Origin: an uncultured Chloroflexia bacterium
GTDB taxonomy: Bacteria; Chloroflexota; Dormibacteria; Aeolococcales; Aeolococcaceae
Direction of reading: 5' to 3'
DNA: 64,000 nt
NCBI GenBank assembly: GCA_963793875.1
Contig: CAWCBS010000007.1
Coordinates: 23,489 to 87,488 of the forward strand
The position numbers and the translations under genes are program-made. Shown here piece after piece: positions 26,389-36,309 of the stretch (positions are counted from its first letter, which is position 1; every line of letters begins with the position of its first letter). Below the pieces are notes generated by a model, which was not told the DNA's origin, did no database searches, and saw only the letters and a program-made list of their open reading frames with translations.

Positions 26389-27915
26389 TCAGAGGACGGC
26401 GATCACGATCCCCAGCACCTTGAGCACGCCGAGGACCGCCGAGGCCACCGGGGCCGCGACCTCCGCCACCTTCTGGGCGGTCTGAATCAGGCTGGTGCCC
26501 AGGGCTCGCAGCGTCCCCTTCTTCGGCTCCTGCTTGCCACTCTCCTCGGTGAAGCTCTGAAAGGTCTCGGCGACCTCCTTGGCGGCGTCCGGGTCCTGCT
26601 TCGCGAGCGCCTGGACCAGCGCCGTGATGCTGTCGCGCAGCGTCGTCATCTGCTGCAGCAGCTCGTCCTGATCACCGCGGTTGGCGGCGAACGCATTGAA
26701 GCTGTTGCTGATCGTCTGGGTGCTGTCGATGGCGATCGGGGCGTTGATGTCACCGGCGTGAATGCTCTTGTCCACTTTCATCCCCTCCACGAGGTCTCCT
26801 CCGACGATGTTGATCTGGGGGCGGAGCGCATCCCGCTCGGCCGCGAAGGCCTCGGCCTTGCGGCGGATCTGCAGGCGCATCCCGTCCAGTCCCTGACGCC
26901 GACGGGCAACGATGTCGGCCCGGCTGACCGCTGCGCCGACGGCGTACGCGTCGCGCACCGCGGATGCCTTGAGGCCGTACTTGTAGGTGCTGTCCAGGAG
27001 CTGGGTGGCGCGATCGACGTACGACTCCAGCCGCTGCGCCGCATCCGATCCGGGGTGGAAGTCGAGCTCCCCATCGTCGACCCAGGTGATGATGCGGTCC
27101 AGCACCTCCTGCTCCGCGTGCATTCTCAGCAGGCATATCCGCAGGTTGCGATGCAGGTCGGTGTCCGCATTCGCCGCCGGCCCCAGATACCAGGTTGGGA
27201 TCTGGCTGTCGCGAACCCTGGCGAGCTCGAAGCCGACGGCGACGCGACCCTGGGTCACGGCACTGGCATCAACGAGGCTCGGCGGCAGGGCCACGCTGTC
27301 CTTGCCGATGAGGTCGACGATCACGGTCGGTGCGCCCGATGCCACCAGCCCGCGATCCCCGGACGGCCGCGGCGTGGACGCGGTGCGGAAACGGGCCGCA
27401 AGCCGCGGGCCCTGGCCGAAGAGGCCACCTGACTGGCCAGTTCCTGCCCGCGGAACCATCGCAGGGAGCCGCAGCACGCTGCCGACGGCCGCCCCGGCGC
27501 TCATGGGGACGGTCGACGTCGGCGCCGGCTCTACGCTGAACCCCACCTCGACGCGGGCCACGCAGGTGCCGTCGTGGAACAGGCGGCGAAAGCGGCAGGC
27601 GACGTCGAATGCCGAGGTCCCGTCGGCGGGCTGGATGCGACGCTTCACCAGGGAGGGCAGCCGAAGCGCGCTCGTCGCCAGTGCAAAGCAGGCCTCGTCG
27701 GTCCAGGCCGGGTCCGCCTCCTCCTTGCGCTCGACGACGCGGCCGAAACCCCAGACGAAGTCCCCGGCGACGCCCAGCCGGGGCGCCCGCCAGCTCGGGC
27801 GCGGGAGATACCCGCCCGGGACGTCGAGGAACCGGCGGGCGTCCGCGATGGGAAACTGGACGACGACGAGCACGAGCGGGGGACCCCCCTTGGGTCGAGG
27901 GCCGCGGGGGCGCAA
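26389..27915 (-). CDS. hypothetical protein with C-terminal NI-GGDLVEG/coiled-coil/hydrophobic tail module
   Basis: 508-aa ORF; ...INIVGGDLVEGMKVDKSIHAGDINAPIAIDSTQTISNSFNAFAANRGDQDELLQQMTTLRDSITALVQAL...VAAPVASAVLGVLKVLGIVIAVL. Confidence 0.65.
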   Translation of the reverse strand: MRPRGPRPKGGPPLVLVVVQFPIADARRFLDVPGGYLPRPSWRAPRLGVAGDFVWGFGRVVERKEEADPAWTDEACFALATSALRLPSLVKRRIQPADGTSAFDVACRFRRLFHDGTCVARVEVGFSVEPAPTSTVPMSAGAAVGSVLRLPAMVPRAGTGQSGGLFGQGPRLAARFRTASTPRPSGDRGLVASGAPTVIVDLIGKDSVALPPSLVDASAVTQGRVAVGFELARVRDSQIPTWYLGPAANADTDLHRNLRICLLRMHAEQEVLDRIITWVDDGELDFHPGSDAAQRLESYVDRATQLLDSTYKYGLKASAVRDAYAVGAAVSRADIVARRRQGLDGMRLQIRRKAEAFAAERDALRPQINIVGGDLVEGMKVDKSIHAGDINAPIAIDSTQTISNSFNAFAANRGDQDELLQQMTTLRDSITALVQALAKQDPDAAKEVAETFQSFTEESGKQEPKKGTLRALGTSLIQTAQKVAEVAAPVASAVLGVLKVLGIVIAVL

Positions 27916-28369
27916 TCAAAACTTGACCGTCCCGAAGACGGTCTCAGACCGCGCCGTCAGTCGAATGCCGCAGTCGCGACCCGCCAACAACTTTAGGGGC
28001 CGCCGGCCCGGCTGTCCAGGGACGCGGACCTGCACAGATCTGGTCCGGCCGCCCTGGCGTCCACGCCGCCCGTCGGCTCTGTCTCTGGGGACGGGCGCCG
28101 GACCGCGCTTCGACCGACCTGCAGGCAGCCACCGGCCCGCGCTGGGTCAGGTCGGGCGACGCGGGTGCTGCCTCTTCTGAGCGCGGAGCGCGACGGGGAG
28201 CTGCAGCAGCATCACCAGGGCTCCGGACACGACGAGCGCCGTCGTGATGGCGTGGCTGGGGCCACGGAACCCATGCGCCCAACATCACCAGCGCGAAGCC
28301 GGCGACGGAGAACTACCGCCCCAGCACGAACCAGCCGACGATGATCCCCACTCAGTCAGTCTGGCACGC

Positions 28370-29305
28370 TCACGGCGTGGGGAGCGAACTCCGCAGCGCG
28401 GCGATGAGCCAGTCGTAGGCGGGCCAGCGGCTCGGCTGCGGCGGCCATCCGTTGACCATCCCGATGAGCTGCCAGTACCGCTCGACCCGCCGGTCGCTGA
28501 ACCGCTCCAGCTGGGTGACGAGCTCGACGCGGTACTCCGGGCCGTCGGCTCGGCGGGCGGCACGGGCGAAGCGGCCGGCGAGCTCGTCGGCGATCGGCAC
28601 CGCGCCCGCGGAGGCGGGGTCGATGCCGGTCGCAAGGGCCGCCCCGGCCCTCTCGACGACCGCCTGGCCGGCCTCCTGGGTGGCGAGGTCCGTCGGGCTT
28701 GCCGGGGCCGCCGCTCGCTGGCGCTCGCCCTCGACGACCATCTCCCGCACCCGCCCCCGGAAGGAGACATCGCTCAGCAGGGTGGCGAGCTCGATCCAGG
28801 CGTCGATCTGGTCCTGCGACGGATCGTCCGGGAGCACGGGGAGCCTGTCCCGCATCATCGCGGCGAAAGGGTCCTGCTCATGATCGGCGAAGACGGCGGA
28901 GAGGAAGTCGTCCATGGTCCGGCGAGCCTCCTCGGCCGAGGCCCTGGCGAAGTCGGCCATGCGTCGTACCTCCTCCGGCCGGGAGAGCCCGCGGGCGATG
29001 GCTCGCAGCACTCCACGGCGCAACCTGAGCTGGCGGATGTGAGCGTCGGCGGCCTCAGCCTGGGCGGCCGCGACCGTCTCGATCTCGGTCACCCGATCGG
29101 CCACCCGGCGGGTGGTGGGGATGTCGAGCCCGAGCTCGCGCAGGGTGCGCATCAGCTCGAGCCGGGCGAGCGAGGTCTCGTCGTAGCGGCGGTATCCGGC
29201 GGCGGTCCGCCGCGTCTCGGGCAGGAGCCCGATGTCGCTGTAGTAGCGGATCGTCTTCACCGGCACGCCGCTCAGGCGGCTGAGCCCACCGATCGAGAGG
29301 TCCAT
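28370..29305 (-). CDS. MerR family transcriptional regulator
   Basis: MDLSIGGLSRLSGVPVKTIRYYSDIGLLPETRRTAAGYRRYDETSLARLELMRTLRELGLDI. Confidence 0.93.
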   Translation of the reverse strand: MDLSIGGLSRLSGVPVKTIRYYSDIGLLPETRRTAAGYRRYDETSLARLELMRTLRELGLDIPTTRRVADRVTEIETVAAAQAEAADAHIRQLRLRRGVLRAIARGLSRPEEVRRMADFARASAEEARRTMDDFLSAVFADHEQDPFAAMMRDRLPVLPDDPSQDQIDAWIELATLLSDVSFRGRVREMVVEGERQRAAAPASPTDLATQEAGQAVVERAGAALATGIDPASAGAVPIADELAGRFARAARRADGPEYRVELVTQLERFSDRRVERYWQLIGMVNGWPPQPSRWPAYDWLIAALRSSLPTP

Positions 29306-29717
29306 GCCACGAGCATGCGGCCTCCAGTAAGTGGAGAGTCAAAGCCCGTCCGGGCACCCCGGCCGGGCCTGCCCCGGCTTCGGGTCCGATCCGGCCCGGC
29401 ACGCGGATCAGCGTCTCGTCACCCGTGATCCATCGCCGGCGGCAGCCCACCGATCCGAGACTGCTGGGCGAGCACCGGGAGTGGTGCCCGGGGCCGCAGC
29501 CGGAGACGGGGGACGGGGGGCGACAGCCCTCCGCTCGTGGCCAGCCGGCCTCAGCAGGTTCGCTGGCCGGCGCTGCGGCCTGCTCCCGCCCGGTCACCGG
29601 CTGGGCGGGCACCCCCGTGGAGCGCTCACCGACGGGCCCGCCCAGCGGGCCAACCCGCGCCCTGAGATCGAGCTCACCGCGTGTGACGATCTTCCATGAG
29701 GATGTGACGGTTCCGCG

Positions 29718-32297
29718 ATGCGGTTGCTCCGGGGCGGGGCCACGCTCTCCCCGATGGGGGCAGAAACGGCTGGCCTGCAACTCAACGTCCTCACGCACCT
29801 CGGACACCGCCTCCCCGGGGCCACCAGCCCCCAGAAGGCGGCCGCCGAGATGGTGCGGACCCTGGTTCGCCTGGGCGTCGCCGCCGCGGTGAGCACCGTC
29901 GAGGCCGACCAGGCCCTGGTGGTCGCCGTGGCCGCGCCGCGCCCCGCCGACGTCCAGCATGTGCTTCCCTCCGCCGCCCGAATGGTGGGCCTGCGCATTC
30001 CCATCGACCGCTTCCCCTGGATGAGCCGTCCGGTCCGGCTGCGCCGCGCCTACAGCGGCCCGGCGACCGGGATCGACACCCTGCGGACCCTCGCCCCCGA
30101 GAGCGACTCCTCCCCTCCCCTTCCGGGGCTGGGCCCGGGGATCCAGATCGTGGGCGTTCCGGCGATGGTCCACGACCAGGTCGTTGCCACCGTGCACGCC
30201 TGGAGCACCGAGCCGCTCGACGATCTGGTCCCCACCCTGGAGGCGGCAGCCGCCATGCTCGCGGCGGTCTGGGAGCCCGAGCGATCGGCGACCGCCGGGC
30301 GCTTCGAGGTGGGGACGGCACGGCGCGCGAACCCCCAACTGCGGGCCGAGCTCGCCGCCCTCATCGAGGACGGGAGGATCGCGACCGCCCTCCAGCCGGT
30401 GGTGCGCCTGGTCGACCATTCGATCGTCGGCTACGAGGCCCTCACCCGCTTCTCGCCCCGCGCCCTCTTCTCCACCCCCGACGAGCTGTTCGCCGCCGCC
30501 TCGGCGCTGCACATGGAGAAGGCGGTCGACCTCGCCTGCCTGCAGGCCGCGCTCAGCAACATGCCGAGCCTCGGCCCCGTCGACATCTTCGTCAACGTGC
30601 TGATCGGAACCCTGCTCAGCGAGCGGCAGGGCCTGAGCGCCCTGGAGGAGGCCGTCCACAACGCCGGGCTGGACCCATCGTCCGTGGTCCTCGAGTTCAG
30701 TGAGCGCGACCCGGTGCCCAACCTCTCGCGGCTGCAGCGGATCGCGGCCCAGCTCCGCTCCGCCGGCTACCGGATCGCGGTCGACGACGCCGGCGCCGGG
30801 CACGCCAGCATGCAGGTCATCGCCGAGCTCCGGCCGGAGTTCATGAAGGTCGACCGGGCCCTCATCCACGCCGTCGACTCGCACCGGGCCCGCCGGGGCC
30901 TGCTGGTGTCGCTGCTCTCCTTCAGCGGACACATCGGAGCCCGGCTCATCGCCGAGGGCGTCGAGACCCAGCGGGAGCTGGACACCCTGCTCTCCCTGGG
31001 CGTGCAGTACGGCCAGGGATGGATGCTGGGACGGCCGGTGCTCACCCAGTCGGTCGAAGGGCTGTCCGACGGCACCGTCATCGACCCGGGGTGGTTCACC
31101 CGCCACCGGGTGTGGCGGCTGCGCACCCCACCGGCCCCGCCCCTGGCCCTGCCCGAGCCCCCCGATCCGAGCGCCGACGGCGCCGTGGCACCCGACCTGG
31201 CCCGTGCCCTCAGCGACGCCGCCCAAGCCCTGCAGAGCGAGCACGACCCGATGGGCATCCTCGGGGTGATCGCCGCGCAGATGCAGCGGGTGGTGCCGGT
31301 CGCCGAGATGGCGATCTACATCGCTAACTACGAGACCCAGCGCTTCGTCCCGGTGCTCGCCACCGGGCCCGAGGGCGACGCCCTGCTCGCCGAGAGCTTC
31401 TCGCTGGACTCCGGGATCTCCGGCTGGGCCTTCGCCCGCGGCACGCCCGAGAACGTGGCCGACACCTGGTCTCACCCCGCGGCCCGCCAGGTCCCGGGGA
31501 CCTCGGTCGTCCAGGAGTCGCTGCTCCTGGTGCCGCTCATCGCCGGCGAGCGCAAGCTGGGCATCATCGACGCCTGGCGGATGGGGGTCGGCCGTTTCAG
31601 CGACGATGAGCTGGAGGCGGCCTCGCTCTTCGCCCATATCGCCGCCGCCGCCTGGCACAACGCCCAGCTCTACGCCGAGCTCCAGGCGGCGGCGGTCACC
31701 GATCCGCTCACCGGGCTGTACAACACCCGCTGGCTGCGCGACGCCGGGGAACGCGACCTCGCCTCCTGCTCCCGCGACCACACCAGCCTCGCCCTGCTGC
31801 TGCTCGACATCGACCATTTCAAGACGGTGAACGACACCAGCGGCCACGCCGCCGGCGACCTCGTGCTGCAGCGCCTGGCCACCCGGCTGCGGGGGTCGGT
31901 GCGCACCGAGGACGCGGTGGTTCGGTATGGCGGGGAGGAGTTCGTGGTCCTGCTGCGCCGCTGCGGTACCGCCGATGCGTTCACCATCGCCGAGACCCTG
32001 CGGGGCGCCGTGCGGCAGGTCGCGCTCCCGCCCGGCTGCCCACTCCCCAAGCTCACCGCCTCGATCGGCGTGGCCGCCTACCCCGACGACGGCACCGACC
32101 TCGACCTCCTGCTCGGAGCCGCGGACCGTGCCATGTACATGGCCAAGCACGCCGGCCGCGACCGGGTGATCTGTGCGCCCCCGCCACCACCCGGCGCAGC
32201 GGTGGTCGCCCTGCCCCGGCGGTCGGCCGCGGCCAGCCGACGGCGCGGGCGGGTGAGCGAGGACCGCGCCGCCCCCGCCGCCCCGTCGTACAGCTGA
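29718..32297 (+). CDS. EAL-GAF-GGDEF c-di-GMP signalling protein
   Basis: YEALTRF, VVLEFSERD, IAVDDAGAGHAS, IAEGVETQRE, GQGWMLGRP (EAL) then GAF-like region then LTGLYNTRWLRD...VRYGGEEFVVLLRR (GGDEF). Confidence 0.92.
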   Translation: MRLLRGGATLSPMGAETAGLQLNVLTHLGHRLPGATSPQKAAAEMVRTLVRLGVAAAVSTVEADQALVVAVAAPRPADVQHVLPSAARMVGLRIPIDRFPWMSRPVRLRRAYSGPATGIDTLRTLAPESDSSPPLPGLGPGIQIVGVPAMVHDQVVATVHAWSTEPLDDLVPTLEAAAAMLAAVWEPERSATAGRFEVGTARRANPQLRAELAALIEDGRIATALQPVVRLVDHSIVGYEALTRFSPRALFSTPDELFAAASALHMEKAVDLACLQAALSNMPSLGPVDIFVNVLIGTLLSERQGLSALEEAVHNAGLDPSSVVLEFSERDPVPNLSRLQRIAAQLRSAGYRIAVDDAGAGHASMQVIAELRPEFMKVDRALIHAVDSHRARRGLLVSLLSFSGHIGARLIAEGVETQRELDTLLSLGVQYGQGWMLGRPVLTQSVEGLSDGTVIDPGWFTRHRVWRLRTPPAPPLALPEPPDPSADGAVAPDLARALSDAAQALQSEHDPMGILGVIAAQMQRVVPVAEMAIYIANYETQRFVPVLATGPEGDALLAESFSLDSGISGWAFARGTPENVADTWSHPAARQVPGTSVVQESLLLVPLIAGERKLGIIDAWRMGVGRFSDDELEAASLFAHIAAAAWHNAQLYAELQAAAVTDPLTGLYNTRWLRDAGERDLASCSRDHTSLALLLLDIDHFKTVNDTSGHAAGDLVLQRLATRLRGSVRTEDAVVRYGGEEFVVLLRRCGTADAFTIAETLRGAVRQVALPPGCPLPKLTASIGVAAYPDDGTDLDLLLGAADRAMYMAKHAGRDRVICAPPPPPGAAVVALPRRSAAASRRRGRVSEDRAAPAAPSYS

Positions 32298-32730
32298 GAG
32301 CGGGGGCCGGCCGGCCCGACCGGGCCATCCCGCAGCTGCCCCACGGCTGCCGCGGTCCCGCCCCACCAGGCGGGCTGAGCAGCGTCAGATGACCCGAGCC
32401 CGGTCCCGGTGGCCCGTTGCAGCTGAGCCGCATCCTCTTCGGGCGCTGCGCTCCAGCCCGTCCGCCCGGGGAGGAGGTCACCCCGGTCGAGGCCCTGCCG
32501 GCGCTCTCCCTCGACGCGCTGACCTGGGTGGCGTACGGCCCCGGGGGCGGGTGGCCGCCACCGGGTGGTGGTGCTCGTCCCGGTGGCACCGGGCCCCCCG
32601 CGACCACCGGGACCCGGGCCTCTCCGCACTCTCCGGCGCAGCCCAACCTCCGGGTTGCCCGGCTGCCGCTCCCGCTCCGCCGGGAGGGGGACGCGGCGCC
32701 GTGGCCCGCGGCCGAGCGAGAATGCGCGCC

Positions 32731-33276
32731 ATGGCGGAGGGAACGGCGCTGCTGGTCATCGACATGCAGGAGGCGGTGCTCGCCCCCTGCGCCGGGGTCC
32801 CCGGGGTGGTGGCGCGGATCAACGCGCTGGTCGGGCGGGCCCGGCAGGCCGGCGTCCCCATCGTCTTCGTCCAGCACCAGGACGCCGGGGACCCGGAGAT
32901 GACCGCCGGCAGCCCGGGCTGGCGGATCGTCGAGAGCCTGGACCGCCGACCCGCCGACCCGGTGGTGGCCAAGCGCCACCGGGACGGCTTCGCGGCCACC
33001 GAGCTGGGCACGACCCTCGACGGCGTGGGCGCGCGGCGGCTGGTGGTCACCGGGGCGCAGTCGGACTTCTGCGTCCAGACCACTGCGCTCTCCGCCCTCT
33101 TCCACGGGTACGACCTGACCCTGGTGAGCGACGCCCATGCCACCGAGCCCGCCGCCCTGCCCGGCGGAGAGGTGTCGGCCGACAGCCTCATCGAGTTGAT
33201 CAATAGCCGCTTCGCGACACTCCGCCAGCCGGGGCGGACGATCGAGGTGGTGCCGGCGGCCGCGCTCGTCCTCTGA
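32731..33276 (+). CDS. isochorismatase family cysteine hydrolase
   Basis: ALLVIDMQEAVLAPC...VVTGAQSDFCVQTTALSALFHGYDLTLVSDAHATE. Confidence 0.92.
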   Translation: MAEGTALLVIDMQEAVLAPCAGVPGVVARINALVGRARQAGVPIVFVQHQDAGDPEMTAGSPGWRIVESLDRRPADPVVAKRHRDGFAATELGTTLDGVGARRLVVTGAQSDFCVQTTALSALFHGYDLTLVSDAHATEPAALPGGEVSADSLIELINSRFATLRQPGRTIEVVPAAALVL

Positions 33277-33486
33277 GCGCCGGGAGGCCAATCCCGGGGC
33301 TGATCACGGCATTCGCGTCAGCAGTGACGGCTGCGCCGCCACGCCGACCGGCGGCGCGCGCCGGAGCGCTGTACAACCGGCGCGCGAGCGCTGTGGATCG
33401 CTGTTCGGGACAGCCCTGCCAAGCCGGGTTACGAGGCCGTACCAGGCTTATGATGGCCGTCTCGAATCACAGAGAGCCTGATGGAC

Positions 33487-33517
33487 CATGACCCTCGACG
33501 GGGATCAATGGGTCATG
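33487..33517 (+). promoter_or_regulatory. inverted repeat upstream of the LacI-type sensor kinase gene
   Basis: CATGACCC-N15-GGGTCATG, ending 14 nt before the ATG at 33532. Confidence 0.4.
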
Positions 33518-33531
33518 CGTGAGGCGTTCCT

Positions 33532-36111
33532 ATGGCCATTGCGGCGAAGCCGGGCGAGCATCCGAAGATCGGGGTCCTCTCCCACCTGGTGGCAGGCACC
33601 TACACCGCCAACCTGATCGCCGGGGTCACCGCCGCGACCCGGGCGTCGGGGACCAGGGTGGTCGCCATCCAGACCCTGGACCTCGACTTCGGCGCCAATC
33701 AGGGGCAGCTCAACTCGTCGGTCCCGCGCGGCAGTCAGGACGGTGAGTACCTGGGCTGGCCTCTGGGCAGCGAGGCACTGGTGCCGCACTTCAAGGTCCG
33801 CGTCGCCTGGGAGCAGGTCGCCGGGTTCCTGGTGGTGGTCAACGCCGTCGAACCCTGGTACCTCCAGGCCCTCCGTGACGCCGGCAAGCCGGTGGTGATG
33901 CTGAGCCATGCCGTGGAGGGCTTCGCCTGCCCCGTCGTCCGCGCCGACAACCGCAACGGGATCCTCCAGGCGGTGTCCCACCTGGTGGAGCACGGGCACC
34001 GGCGCATCGCCTTCGCCGGGTCCATGGTCCAGACCGACATCACCGAGCGCCTCGCCGCGTACCAGGAGGCCCTCGCCGCCCACGGCATCCAGGCCGAGGA
34101 GGATCTCGTCTTCGAGGCCACCGACAACCTCGAGGGTGGGGGGGACTACGCGGCCAAGCAAATGCTGGCGGCCGGGATGCCATCGACGGCGGTGGTCGCG
34201 GCCACCGACTACAACGCCCTGGGGATCATGAGGACGCTCCGCGCGGCGGGTCTTCTCCTACCTCGAGACCAGGCCATCATCGGCTTCGACGACGTCCCCG
34301 CCGCCACGGCGTCGCAACCCACCCTCGCCACCATCCATCAGAGCTTCGAGGAGATCGGCCGCGTGGGCGCCACCCTCCTGCTCGAGATGCTGGAGGGGCA
34401 CGAGGTCCCGCCCGACCGCCATCTCGTGCCCGCGGTCCTGGTACCGCGCGAGTCCTGCGGGTGCACAGCCGCGGCGCGGATCCGGGACACCGACGATCTG
34501 GACTCGGTCCCCGCTCAAACGGCAGCCGAACGCCTGCTGCGCCGCCTCGAGCGACGCCTGGTCGAGGGCGAGGCGCCCACGGCGGAGCAGACCTCCGCCC
34601 TGGCGAGGGCGGTCGATGTGATCGTCGCCTGTCTGGAACCGGCGTCCGGCGACCCGGTGCCGACCGGCCTCGAGGAGGCGGCGGCCACCCTCTACTCGGT
34701 CAACCCGCGCTGGACCACGATCAGCGCTGTTGTCGCCTGCCTCCGGCAGTACCAGAAGGATCTCGGCAAGCGTCCCGGCCGCACCCAGGGCGCGGCCCGC
34801 CTCCAGCCGGGCATCACCGAGATGGCGATCGAGCTCTCCCGTTGCGTCACCCAGGGGGAGAGCGCCGCCCGGGCCGCCCTCCACGACACCATGACCCTGG
34901 ACCACGAGCTGAGCGTGTCGCTCCTGAGCGGCACGGCCGGGGATCCCAAGGCGCTGCTCTGGCTCTCCCACACAACGGCACGAGCCGGATGCCTCGGCCT
35001 CTGGTCCGCCGATCTCGCCGGCGGCGCTGAAGAAGCCAACCGCCAACTCGACGTCGCCGGCTTGTACCTCCGAGGAGGAGGTCGGCTGCGCCTGCCCGCC
35101 CAGACCCGCGTGGAGCAGTTCCCGCCCGACGGGCTCCTCGAGGAGCTGGAGTGGGGGCCCGGGGAGCTGGCCATCGTCTTCCCCACCAAGACGCCGAGCG
35201 TCGACCTCGGGCTGCTCGCGGTGGTGACCCCGCTCCGGCCGGCCGAGGAGTCCGGTCGCGACCGCCTCTTCGAGAACAACGCCCTGCTCAGCGTCTCGCT
35301 CGAACGCGAGGTGATGACCGAGCGGCTGCGCCGCTCCAACGCCGACCTGGCGACCTTCAGCCACGCCATGGCCCACGACCTGCGCAACCCGCTGGCGACC
35401 ATCTCGATGTGGGCCGCGGTGGCCCGGATGCGGGCCGGTCCCGGTGACGACGCGGGGCCCGTGCTTCAGGTCGTCGACCAGATCAAGGACGTGGCCGACT
35501 ACGCCAACGAGCTGGTCACCGACCTCCTCCAGTACGCCGAGCTGGACCGCGGGGTCAGCTCGGTGGAGCCGGTCGACCTCAACCAGGCCGCGGCCCGGGT
35601 GATCGCGACCATCGGCTCGAGCATCGCGCAGCACGGTGCGATGATCGAGACCGGCAACCTGCCGACCGTCCTCGGCCGGCCCGGCGAGCTCCAGGTGGTG
35701 CTCCAGAACCTCGTCGAGAACGCCATCAAGTACCGCGGCGATCAGCCGCCCCGAATCCGGCTCGACGCCGTCCGGGACGGGGGCGCATGGAAGATGAGCT
35801 GCCGGGACAACGGCCAGGGCGTCCCCCTCGACTCCCGCGAGCAGGTGTTCGAGCCGTTCACGCGCGGGCACAGCTCCCTTCCCGGCAGCGGGCTCGGTCT
35901 CGCCACCTGCCGTCGCATCGTGGAGGGCCACGGCGGACGCATCTGGATCGCCGCCAGCGGGAACCTGGGGACGACGGTGGCCTTCACCCTCCCCGCGATC
36001 CCCGAGCCGGATCCCGGCGCGGTCGACGCGCCAGAGACCGGGCCGCCCGCCGCGTCTGAGCCCGGCGACAGCGCCGAGGTGGGCCCCGACCGATCCTGGC
36101 ACGTGGCCTGA
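33532..36111 (+). CDS. hybrid LacI/PBP1-like sensor fused to a soluble histidine kinase
   Basis: N-terminal PBP1 domain (IGVLSHLVAGTYTANLIAGVTAAT...GHRRIAFAGS...DQAIIGFDDVPAATASQPTLATIHQ) without HTH; C-terminal FSHAMAHDLRNPLATI and HATPase (NLVENAIKYRG, GSGLGLATCRRIVEGHGGRIW). Confidence 0.9.
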   Translation: MAIAAKPGEHPKIGVLSHLVAGTYTANLIAGVTAATRASGTRVVAIQTLDLDFGANQGQLNSSVPRGSQDGEYLGWPLGSEALVPHFKVRVAWEQVAGFLVVVNAVEPWYLQALRDAGKPVVMLSHAVEGFACPVVRADNRNGILQAVSHLVEHGHRRIAFAGSMVQTDITERLAAYQEALAAHGIQAEEDLVFEATDNLEGGGDYAAKQMLAAGMPSTAVVAATDYNALGIMRTLRAAGLLLPRDQAIIGFDDVPAATASQPTLATIHQSFEEIGRVGATLLLEMLEGHEVPPDRHLVPAVLVPRESCGCTAAARIRDTDDLDSVPAQTAAERLLRRLERRLVEGEAPTAEQTSALARAVDVIVACLEPASGDPVPTGLEEAAATLYSVNPRWTTISAVVACLRQYQKDLGKRPGRTQGAARLQPGITEMAIELSRCVTQGESAARAALHDTMTLDHELSVSLLSGTAGDPKALLWLSHTTARAGCLGLWSADLAGGAEEANRQLDVAGLYLRGGGRLRLPAQTRVEQFPPDGLLEELEWGPGELAIVFPTKTPSVDLGLLAVVTPLRPAEESGRDRLFENNALLSVSLEREVMTERLRRSNADLATFSHAMAHDLRNPLATISMWAAVARMRAGPGDDAGPVLQVVDQIKDVADYANELVTDLLQYAELDRGVSSVEPVDLNQAAARVIATIGSSIAQHGAMIETGNLPTVLGRPGELQVVLQNLVENAIKYRGDQPPRIRLDAVRDGGAWKMSCRDNGQGVPLDSREQVFEPFTRGHSSLPGSGLGLATCRRIVEGHGGRIWIAASGNLGTTVAFTLPAIPEPDPGAVDAPETGPPAASEPGDSAEVGPDRSWHVA

Positions 36112-36309
36112 CCGACCTCCGGAGCCACCGATGGCGGCCCGCGAAGCGGTCTGGCGCCTCGCCAGCCACCCCGGGCGCGGGCTGACCCCCTGCCGGCGGC
36201 GCCGGGGCGAGGGTAAGATGGGGGGCAGGTACAAGACCCCGCTCTCGCGATCGGGCTCCCCCGGCAGGTGCGCGCCCGACCGTCGAGAACGGGCCAGGCC
36301 GAGGTCCCG

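Noticed and set aside
28144-28262. Possible membrane-protein C-terminal fragment (GPSHAITTALVVSGALVMLLQLPVALRAQKRQHPRRPT*) on the minus strand
   Set aside because: Too short and without a recognisable family to support as a feature.
29055-32366. 1103-aa minus-strand ORF
   Set aside because: Antisense shadow of the clear EAL-GAF-GGDEF gene; composition (G/H/R/Q-rich, no domain) is typical of a high-GC artefact.
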